Assembly: GCA_037189525.1 (NCBI GenBank)
Contig: JBBCJC010000001.1
Location: 128,001 to 192,000, forward strand
DNA length: 64,000 bases
Reading direction: 5' to 3'
DNA from: Gemmatimonadales bacterium
GTDB taxonomy: Bacteria; Gemmatimonadota; Gemmatimonadetes; Gemmatimonadales; GWC2-71-9
The notes beneath the pieces are model-generated. The model was given only the letters and a program-made list of their open reading frames with translations, did not search any database and was not told the origin of the DNA. The translations under genes and the position numbers were made by a program. Positions 26,517 through 33,870 of the stretch are shown here, piece after piece (the stretch's first letter is position 1; the number at the start of each line of letters is the position of its first letter).

Positions 26517-27341
26517 TTGAACCGTCGAGCACTGCTGGCCTCGCTCTCCCTCTTCGGGGGAGTTTTGGGTTGCGGCCGGACGGCGAATACACCGCCCCCG
26601 GTCGTTACGGTCTTCGCCGCGGCTTCGCTCTCGGGCGCGTTTGCGGAACTGGGCCAGCTCCTCGAGCAACGACAGACCGGATTGACGGTCCGGTTCAACT
26701 TTGCCGGCTCGCAGCAGCTCGCCCTGCAGATCCATCAGGGCGCTGCGGCGGATGTATTCGCCTCGGCCGACGAGCGCTGGATACGTGCCGTGTCCGACAG
26801 CGGGCTCGTGGCCGGCGCGGCGGAGATCTTCGCGCACAACAGCCTGGTGGTGATCGTCCCCACCGCCAACCCCGGCCGGATCGAGCGACTCGAGGACCTG
26901 ACACGCCGAGGGCTCAAGCTGGTGCTGGCGACCGAGACGGTCCCGGTAGGCAAGTACAGCCGAGAAGTACTCGGCAAGCTATCCGGTGCTCCGGGCTTCG
27001 GGACGACCTATGCCGAGCTGGCGCTGCGCAACGTGGTGTCGTTCGAAGAGAATGTGAAGGCCGTCGCCGCCAAGGTGCAGCTCGGCGAGGCCGATGCCGG
27101 CATCGTCTACCGCTCCGACGTGACCTCGGCCACCGCACCCCAGGTCCGCATCATTCCGATCCCGGATCAGTACAACGTCGTGGCCGACTATCCGATCGCC
27201 GTACTCGCGCGGGCCAGAAACGAGGCCGGTGCGCGGGCCTTCCATGACCTGGTGCTCTCGGCGGAGGGCCAAGCAGTGCTCGAGCGCCACGGACTCACGC
27301 CTGCCGGTGTCGGCTCCGTGCCAACCTCGGACGCGCCCTGA
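26517..27341 (+). CDS. modA: Molybdate ABC transporter substrate-binding lipoprotein
   Basis: Lipobox VLGC, VFAAASL, FAGSQQL..QI..GA.ADVFASA, VPVGKY, ENVK, ADAGIVY.SD. Confidence 0.93.
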   Translation: MNRRALLASLSLFGGVLGCGRTANTPPPVVTVFAAASLSGAFAELGQLLEQRQTGLTVRFNFAGSQQLALQIHQGAAADVFASADERWIRAVSDSGLVAGAAEIFAHNSLVVIVPTANPGRIERLEDLTRRGLKLVLATETVPVGKYSREVLGKLSGAPGFGTTYAELALRNVVSFEENVKAVAAKVQLGEADAGIVYRSDVTSATAPQVRIIPIPDQYNVVADYPIAVLARARNEAGARAFHDLVLSAEGQAVLERHGLTPAGVGSVPTSDAP

Positions 27342-27346
27342 CACCC

Positions 27347-28174
27347 ATGCTGCGATGGTCGACGGTGCTGGCCCGTATCGGGGTCGGTCTGGCGGTGGCT
27401 CTGCTCGTGCTGCTGATCGCGCTGCCGCTCTTGGGCCTCGTGCTCCGTATCGCGCCGGGCGACCTGATCCACCAGCTGCGCCAGCCGATCGTCCTCGACG
27501 CCTTGCGTCTCAGCCTGATCACCAGCGTCACCGCAACGATGCTGGTCATCGGGCTCGGGTTGCCGGTAGCCGGGCTGATTGCCACCAAGGAGTTCCCCGG
27601 CAAGCGCGCGCTGGAGGTGCTGATCGAGCTGCCGATGGTGCTGCCGCCCACCGTGGCCGGGCTCGGGCTGCTGCTCGCCTTCGGGCGGACCGGGCTTGCA
27701 GGCCGATCACTGGACGCTCTGGGGATCAGCCTGCCCTTCAGCACCGCCGCGGTGGTGCTGGCGCAGGCATTCGTGGCGGCGCCCTTCTTCATCACTGCCT
27801 CGGTGGCAGGCTTCCGCGAAGTCGAGCGCCGCTATCTCGACACCGCGGCGACGTTAGGCGCTCCCCCGCTCACCCAGCTCATTCGGGTGATCCTGCCGCT
27901 CAGTCTGCCGTCGCTCCTGGCAGGGGCCGCCATGGGATGGGCGCGCGCCCTGGGCGAGTTCGGAGCGACCATCACGTTCGCCGGCAATCTCCAGGGCGTC
28001 ACCCAGACGATGCCCTTGGCGGTCTATCTGGCGCTGGAGGCCGATCTCCGCGCGGCGGTGGCGCTCGCCGTGCTCCTGCTGCTCGTCTCGGTGGTACTGC
28101 TCCTCGCGGTTCGCACCGTGGCCCCTCGTCATCGTCTCAGTTCTGCAGCGCATGCTGTCCGCCACACTCCATAA
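27347..28174 (+). CDS. modB: Molybdate ABC transporter permease
   Basis: LPMVLPPTVAG, WARALGEFGATITFAGNLQGVTQTMPLAVY. Confidence 0.93.
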   Translation: MLRWSTVLARIGVGLAVALLVLLIALPLLGLVLRIAPGDLIHQLRQPIVLDALRLSLITSVTATMLVIGLGLPVAGLIATKEFPGKRALEVLIELPMVLPPTVAGLGLLLAFGRTGLAGRSLDALGISLPFSTAAVVLAQAFVAAPFFITASVAGFREVERRYLDTAATLGAPPLTQLIRVILPLSLPSLLAGAAMGWARALGEFGATITFAGNLQGVTQTMPLAVYLALEADLRAAVALAVLLLLVSVVLLLAVRTVAPRHRLSSAAHAVRHTP

Positions 28175-29234
28175 ACGGCTCGGTGGGTTCGAGCTCACGG
28201 CGTCGCTCGAAGCGGAGCCAGGCACCACCCTCGTGCTCGTGGGTGAGAGCGGGGCCGGCAAGACGTCGGTGCTCCGTCTCCTGGCCGGACTCGAGCGGCC
28301 CGACGAGGGACGGATCGTGCTCGACGGCGTCACTTGGTTCGACGGAGCGCGCGGCCTCTTCGTTCCGCCGTGGGATCGCGCCATCGGGTATCTTGGGCAG
28401 GACTATGTCCTGTTCCCTCACTTCAGCGTATTCGACAACGTCGCCTTCGGGCTTCGCACCCGGCGGTTGCCGAAATCGGCGATTCGCGCCAGGGTGACGG
28501 ATGCGCTGGAGCAGCTGGGCATTGCGGACCTGGCCGATCGGCGTCCGGACCAGCTGTCCGGTGGCCAGCGGCAGCGTGTCGCGCTGGCCCGCACCCTGGC
28601 GCTCGAACCCCGCCTGCTGTTACTCGATGAGCCGCTCTCGGCCGTGGACCTGCAGACCAGGCGTACCGTGGCGCGAGAGCTCCGCCGAGTGCTCGCTCAG
28701 CTCTCGTGCGTGACGATCTATGTCACCCACCATCCGATCGAAGCTCTGACCTTCGGCGACCGGATCAGCGTGATCGAAGCCGGCCGGGTGAGTCAGACCG
28801 ACACGGCGGAGGTGTTACTGCGACGGCCACGCTCGCCGTATGCTGCGGAGCTGCTGGGTGTCAACCTGTTCCGGGGAACGATTCGCGCCGGCGACCCCAC
28901 CACCGTCGTGACCGACTCGGGTGCGATCGCCGTGGCAGGCATCGAGTCGGAGGCGGGCGTCGAGCCCGACGGTGAGGTCTGGCTTGCCGTCAACCCGCGT
29001 CACATCGTGCTCTCAGTCGAGCCGATGTCCACCTCGGCGCAGAATGTCTTTGAAGGGAAGATCACCGAGCTGATTCCGGAGCCACCGATGGGCGAGCGGG
29101 TCCGCGTCGTGCTCGCCACCACGCCGCCCCTGGTGGCCGAGGTGAGCGAGCACGCAGTGACGGAGCTCGGATTGCGACCGGGACTCGAAGTCTTCACCGC
29201 ATTCAAGGCAACCGGGGTGACGGTCTATCGGTAG
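28152..29234 (+). CDS. modC: Molybdate ABC transporter ATP-binding protein with TOBE domain
   Basis: GESGAGKT, LSGGQRQRVALAR, LLLDEP, C-terminal TOBE-like segment (LGLRPG..V...FKA). Confidence 0.9.
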   Translation: MLSATLHKRLGGFELTASLEAEPGTTLVLVGESGAGKTSVLRLLAGLERPDEGRIVLDGVTWFDGARGLFVPPWDRAIGYLGQDYVLFPHFSVFDNVAFGLRTRRLPKSAIRARVTDALEQLGIADLADRRPDQLSGGQRQRVALARTLALEPRLLLLDEPLSAVDLQTRRTVARELRRVLAQLSCVTIYVTHHPIEALTFGDRISVIEAGRVSQTDTAEVLLRRPRSPYAAELLGVNLFRGTIRAGDPTTVVTDSGAIAVAGIESEAGVEPDGEVWLAVNPRHIVLSVEPMSTSAQNVFEGKITELIPEPPMGERVRVVLATTPPLVAEVSEHAVTELGLRPGLEVFTAFKATGVTVYR

Positions 29235-29295
29235 TCTGGCATCATGAGGCGAGTCGAATCGGTTGTTTAGGAATTCGGCCGAGTTCTAGTTGAAT

Positions 29296-29393
29296 GCCTA
29301 ACACGCGGTTGACCTGTGGGATGCGGCCCAAGCTTTCAGAAAAAGAGGTGGTCCGCATCAAGCTTTACAAGTCGCATAGCAAGGTGTTCATGC
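29296..29393 (-). mobile_element. Degenerate integron attC-like site
   Basis: Minus strand: GCATGAACAC...GACTTGT...GATGCGGACC...GGGCCGCATC...ACAGGTC...GTGTTAGGC. Imperfect palindrome ending in a GTTRRRY core, starting about 10 nt after the stop of a small ORF. Confidence 0.4.
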
Positions 29394-29402
29394 GGATAGA
29401 AA

Positions 29403-29621
29403 TCACGTGCGGAAACGGCGACGACGCACAAGTATGAATAGACCGATTACGATACAAACCAGTCCTACGGCCAGCCAGGTACTCGAACCTCCAACGAGCG
29501 GCTCGCAGTTGGCAAAACACAGGATCGGCTTGATCGTTATCAGGTCAGCCCCTTGAAGAGTCCATAGCACTCCGAGAGACGTCAGCACGATCCCGAAAGC
29601 GATTCTCACGACGCTTCGCAT
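29403..29621 (-). CDS. Small 2-TM membrane protein
   Basis: GVLWTLQG...M/G-SSTW pattern, GAGG RBS, lower GC than flanks. Confidence 0.7.
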   Translation of the reverse strand: MRSVVRIAFGIVLTSLGVLWTLQGADLITIKPILCFANCEPLVGGSSTWLAVGLVCIVIGLFILVRRRRFRT

Positions 29622-29801
29622 GGTGGTATACCTCGTTGAGGCTCACTGAGGGCGCACATCCTCACAGTTCGTAGTTCTACCGTGCTGGCCGTCGGGAGGC
29701 GCCGCCGCACGGCAAGATCGCCCGCCGCCCACGCCAGCAACAAGCGCCTGTTCGAGGGTAGGCCTCCCCTACCCGGCCTCGCCTGGCACCCGAACGTCCG
29801 A

Positions 29802-30299
29802 CTACTTGCGCAGCACCTGGGACAGCAGCATCCCGCGCCGGTCCTCGATATCGTCGATGTACCAGCGCTCGCTGTTGCGTTCCAGGTCGTTGCGCAGCAG
29901 GTACGTCAGCGTCCACTCGTTCACGCCGTCGCTGAACTGCACGGGCACCCACGCCTTCTCGACACGGACCCGCGCATCACCGATCGTATAGGTCGTCGCC
30001 TCCTGACTTCCGGTAAACGGGTCGAGAACGAGTGCAGGTGCGGAATCGGTCTTTGCGATGCGTTCGAAGTAACTGTAGATACCGCGGCGAAAACGCCGAG
30101 TGAGCAGCCGCTCCTTCTGATCGAGCCCGCGAGGCGTGAACGAGCGCGAACTCGCAAAATGGATCTTGAGAAACTCGCGGACAGGGCGATTGGGATAGTC
30201 GCGCGGCGGCGCCGCGACGACCAGCGAGTCGAACGGCGCGAGCATTCCCAGCACGAGCCCGACGATGAAAAGAGACCGAAGGTGAGATGAGTTACGCAT
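29802..30299 (-). CDS. Exported hypothetical protein, DUF3828-like
   Basis: Signal peptide, DPFTGSQE, C-terminal WYIDDI. Confidence 0.65.
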   Translation of the reverse strand: MRNSSHLRSLFIVGLVLGMLAPFDSLVVAAPPRDYPNRPVREFLKIHFASSRSFTPRGLDQKERLLTRRFRRGIYSYFERIAKTDSAPALVLDPFTGSQEATTYTIGDARVRVEKAWVPVQFSDGVNEWTLTYLLRNDLERNSERWYIDDIEDRRGMLLSQVLRK

Positions 30300-30333
30300 G
30301 GTTTTATCAGGGTCGGCCGCGAACCCCTCTCAA

Positions 30334-30636
30334 CTAACTCGCGAGCTCGAGAAGAACATCGGGTCGCAGGGCCGCGATCCGCAACAGCTTTTGAGCCGGC
30401 CCGGTGGGGCTCACCCGTCCCTGCTCCCAGTTCTGGAGTGTGTCAACACTGATCCCAAGCAGTGCGGCGAACTTCGACTGAGAGAGTCGCATCCGTTTCC
30501 GAATAGCCGCAATGCCAGCCGGCGTCGTCACCACGTCCGCCGCCGTGTACGTGCGAGCCGCCTTCGCCTCACCCCGGCGCACCGCGCCCATTTCCTTGAT
30601 GCTCGACACGAGCTCGTCAAACAGTTCCTTCTTCAT
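30334..30636 (-). CDS. HigA-type XRE/HTH antitoxin
   Basis: LFDELV.SIKE, IR..M.LSQ..FA.LLGISV.TLQNWEQGR..P.GPA..LL. Confidence 0.88.
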   Translation of the reverse strand: MKKELFDELVSSIKEMGAVRRGEAKAARTYTAADVVTTPAGIAAIRKRMRLSQSKFAALLGISVDTLQNWEQGRVSPTGPAQKLLRIAALRPDVLLELAS

Positions 30637-30694
30637 CCACTCACCTCCTCTGAAAGCCCAAGCCTTTCAACCAATTCCTCGCCTGGACCCTATC

Positions 30695-31018
30695 CTACTC
30701 GAACTCTCGCTCTACCAGCTTTCGAAGAACGGCGACTTCCTCCGCATTCAGATCTGACTTCTCGTTCTTCGCGAAGATATACAACAGAAAGATCGAGCCT
30801 TCACCGTCGAAGTAGTAATAGATGACTCGAGCTCCACCCCGCTTACCCCGCCCAGAGGCGCCCATCCGGATCTTCCGAAGCCCGCGAGACTTCTGAATCA
30901 AGTCACCCGCTTCCGGATTCAGGATCAACTCCGCCTGCAGATCGGCCAAGGTCCCATCGTCGATTCCCAGCTTCTCGAGACGCTTCGAGAACACGCCAGA
31001 CTCGAAGAACGCAAGCAT
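30695..31018 (-). CDS. RelE/HigB family toxin
   Basis: NPEAGDLI...GLRKIR......GKRGGARVIYY...LLYIFAKNEK.DL. Lies upstream of the HTH antitoxin. Confidence 0.9.
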   Translation of the reverse strand: MLAFFESGVFSKRLEKLGIDDGTLADLQAELILNPEAGDLIQKSRGLRKIRMGASGRGKRGGARVIYYYFDGEGSIFLLYIFAKNEKSDLNAEEVAVLRKLVEREFE

Positions 31019-31023
31019 TGACA

Positions 31024-31052
31024 AATATACGCTATTAGCGTCTATACGTCAA
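31024..31052 (-). promoter_or_regulatory. Sigma70 promoter of the TA operon with operator palindrome
   Basis: TTGACG-N17-TATATT. ACGCTA-T-TAGCGT palindrome at 31029-31041 in the spacer. Confidence 0.75.
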
Positions 31053-31151
31053 GAGCGTACAAACGTTTATACGAGAGCCCGCACCGCTACCGGAACGGCA
31101 GTCGCTCCGCGCGATACGCAAACGACGGTGCAGCAGGCGGGTGAACTGCCG

Positions 31152-31754
31152 CTAGCACCGCACCTGCGGATGCCAATCGGCAAAGAGTCCCTTCGGATTC
31201 TCCCGCCAGACCCAGACGTGGAGATACCAGAGCTGGAGCGACGGGGCCTGCTTGAGTGGAAGCCCCATGATACGCGGCGGGGTGGCGGTTGGCGGGCGGA
31301 CAGAATAGGGGACGATGTACTCCACCCCGTTGAGGCGATAGGTGCCGTCGGGCAGCCGTTCGTAGACCAGCATCTCCGGCCGCTCGACTTCGAGGCGGTC
31401 GTCGAGCAGCGCGTCGTTCTGATGGTGATACCCCATCGCCCCGGCCGGCGGATTGTCCAGACACCGGCCGCCATCGCGGCTGTAGCCCGCGGCGACGGCC
31501 GAGTCGAGCAGGGCAAACCGCGCGGTCGCCGTGCGGATTCGGGCTACCTCCTCAGCCGCGGCTGCTTCGTCATGCGCGGCAAGCAAAATCACCGAAGACG
31601 ACTCCTGCCGCGCGGCGCATCCGACGGCCAGAGCCAGTACACCGATGGCAGAGAACCGGGAGCACCATGCCCGCCAGACCCCAGAGAACCGTTTCACTCC
31701 GGGAACTGCGCTCGTCGACTTCCGCCCCGAAAACGCCAATGGATCGATTCGCAT
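31152..31754 (-). CDS. Hypothetical exported His/Cys-motif protein (start uncertain)
   Basis: LAVGC lipobox-like segment. Motifs C...GAMGYHH...PEMLVY...GVEY...LHVWVW..NP.G.FA..HP.V.C. Confidence 0.7.
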   Translation of the reverse strand: MRIDPLAFSGRKSTSAVPGVKRFSGVWRAWCSRFSAIGVLALAVGCAARQESSSVILLAAHDEAAAAEEVARIRTATARFALLDSAVAAGYSRDGGRCLDNPPAGAMGYHHQNDALLDDRLEVERPEMLVYERLPDGTYRLNGVEYIVPYSVRPPTATPPRIMGLPLKQAPSLQLWYLHVWVWRENPKGLFADWHPQVRC

Positions 31755-31778
31755 CGACTGGAGGCTATCCGAAAAACT

Positions 31779-31795
31779 GGCTCTCAACCAGAGCC
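31779..31795. promoter_or_regulatory. Candidate MocR-family operator
   Basis: GGCTCT-caacc-AGAGCC inverted repeat between the MocR gene and the downstream gene. Confidence 0.4.
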
Positions 31796-31822
31796 GATTT
31801 TCATCGATTTGTTTGGGCCACT

Positions 31823-33238
31823 TTAGAGGCAGCGAGCCAGTAGCCGCAGTCCCTCCTCGACCCGGGAGACGGAAATGGCGCCATAGCCGAACAGAAAACC
31901 GGAACGAGGACGGGGCGAGAGATAGTGGTACGACAGTGCCGGCACGAACACACCGGCAGCCCTCGCGCGCTCGGCGATGGCCAGGTCGGCACGGCCGCGA
32001 GGGTGCGGCAACAGAGCCGCGAGATGCAGGCCACCCACGGAGGGCAGTGGCGTGAGCTTCTTCGGAAGCTCCCGTCGGATCACCTGCAGGATACGTTGAT
32101 GCCGCTCCGCATAGACCCGCCGCATCCGGCGGACATGCTGCGCCAGGAGTCCGTCGTCGATGAACTGCGCGGCGGCCGCCTGCATCGGCACCGCCGTGTG
32201 CCAATCGGTCAGGAACTTGGCCTTGCAGAGCGCGGCATGGAGCGGCGGTGGCGCAACGAGGAAACCCAGCCGCAAGGTCGGCAGCATCACCTTGGAGAGC
32301 GAGCCGACATAGAGGACTCGGCCGGAGCCGTCGAGCCCCTGCAGCGAATCCAGCGGCCGGCCACCGTAACGAAACTCGCTATCGTAATCGTCCTCGATGA
32401 TGGCGGCATCTGCTCGGCGCGCCCACGCCAGCAGCGCCTGCCGCCGTGCCATCGACATCGCCATGCCCAGCGGATACTGGTGTGACGGCGTGACGTAGAC
32501 CAGGCGGACCCGGCTCGGGATCGCATCGACTACCAGCCCTTCACTATCCACCGGCACACCCACCACCCGACACCCATGGGCGCGAAACGCCGCGCGCGGC
32601 AGCGGATAGCCCGGATCTTCCACCGCCACCAGATCACCCGGGGCGAGCAGCACCCGCGCGATCAGGTCGATGGCCTGCTGGCTTCCGTTGGTGATGAGGA
32701 CATCGTCGGGCGCGACACGCACGGCGCGGGAAACAGCAACGTGCCGAGCAATCGCCGCGCGAAGGCCGTCATGTCCAGCGGCGCCGATGTGGCCGCCGTT
32801 CCCGACGGCCCGATAATAGAGCTGACGCGTGACACGAGCCCGCCAGGCTGCATAGGGAAATCGGCTCGCATCCGGGATACCGGTTCGAAAGTCGAAGGCC
32901 GGCGTGCTCGCCGCCAGATTAGGCCCCTCCGACAAGGCATCCCAGACCGCCCTCGGCCTGAGCGGCGACCGGGCAACCGGGACCCTCGCGTGCGGCCGAA
33001 TGCCACTACGCACGAAGGTACCGGCGCCGCGCCGAGTCTCCAGGAATCCCTCGCCGCGGAGCCGCTCGTAGACCAGCATGACCGTGTTGCGGGAAATCTC
33101 CAGGCGGGTCGCCAACTCACGAGTCGATGGCATCGCCTGGTGCGCACGCAGACGGCCATCGAGGATCGCATCGCGGAGCTGGCGATAGAGCGACCCGCTG
33201 ATCTGCCGGGATGAATCGAGCGTAAGGTGCAGATCCAC
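31823..33238 (-). CDS. MocR/GabR (PdxR-like) PLP-dependent GntR regulator
   Basis: N-terminal wHTH (PSTRELA..L.ISRNTV), TPSHQYPLG, IIEDDYDSEFRY, GSLSK. Confidence 0.93.
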   Translation of the reverse strand: MDLHLTLDSSRQISGSLYRQLRDAILDGRLRAHQAMPSTRELATRLEISRNTVMLVYERLRGEGFLETRRGAGTFVRSGIRPHARVPVARSPLRPRAVWDALSEGPNLAASTPAFDFRTGIPDASRFPYAAWRARVTRQLYYRAVGNGGHIGAAGHDGLRAAIARHVAVSRAVRVAPDDVLITNGSQQAIDLIARVLLAPGDLVAVEDPGYPLPRAAFRAHGCRVVGVPVDSEGLVVDAIPSRVRLVYVTPSHQYPLGMAMSMARRQALLAWARRADAAIIEDDYDSEFRYGGRPLDSLQGLDGSGRVLYVGSLSKVMLPTLRLGFLVAPPPLHAALCKAKFLTDWHTAVPMQAAAAQFIDDGLLAQHVRRMRRVYAERHQRILQVIRRELPKKLTPLPSVGGLHLAALLPHPRGRADLAIAERARAAGVFVPALSYHYLSPRPRSGFLFGYGAISVSRVEEGLRLLARCL

Positions 33239-33486
33239 TCGGGTACCCTCGCCGCAGGGGCTGGAGCCCGCCTGGTGAGAAGAGCAGCACTCAACCGGCG
33301 CGACTCAAACGACGTGAACGCGGGCTTCGTCCGCACGTAACATACGTGCCGCCCATCAGACCAGGGAGGTTGATCGCCCCCCAACTGGACTCACCCCGAA
33401 TCGACCTACAACCAACAGGCCGGAACGGTTCCGTCCCGGGTGAGAACTCCGGTCGACTGGCGCTCTTGCTGGAGTCCGCCACTTCA

Positions 33487-33523
33487 TGTAGACTATCTAC
33501 CTATCATAGGTAGACAGGCTACA
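33487..33523. promoter_or_regulatory. PadR operator palindrome
   Basis: TGTAGACTATCTACCTAT-C-ATAGGTAGACAGGCTACA. 18-bp arms with 16 matches, ending 2 nt before the padR ATG. Confidence 0.7.
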
Positions 33524-33525
33524 CA

Positions 33526-33870
33526 ATGACGAAACCGCCCCGAACCGACCTCCTCCCCGGCACGCTGGAGATGCTGATCCTGCGGACCCTGAGCCTGGGA
33601 AGCCAGCACGGCTACGGCATTGCCCAGCACCTGGCGAAAATTTCGCAGGAGGCACTTCGGGTCGAGCAAGGCTCTCTCTATCCGGCCCTCGAACGCCTGC
33701 TGGCCGCCGGCTGGGTCACCGCAAAGTGGGGACAGTCGCCCACCGGACGCCGCGCCCGATACTACACCATCACGGCATCGGGACTCCGCCGGCTCGGTGA
33801 CGAAATCGCGAGCTTCGATACCATGGCCCTGGCCATCGCTCGCGTCTTGGGCCGAGCGGAGCCCGCCTGA
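33526..33870 (+). CDS. PadR family regulator (acidobacterial type)
   Basis: LLPGTLEMLILRTL...HGYGIA...VEQGSLYPAL.RL...GRRARYY. Confidence 0.92.
   Translation: MTKPPRTDLLPGTLEMLILRTLSLGSQHGYGIAQHLAKISQEALRVEQGSLYPALERLLAAGWVTAKWGQSPTGRRARYYTITASGLRRLGDEIASFDTMALAIARVLGRAEPA

Noticed and set aside
29622..33480. Full integron cassette array
   Set aside because: Only one attC-like site was found. Other spacers lack paired cores and there is no intI in the window
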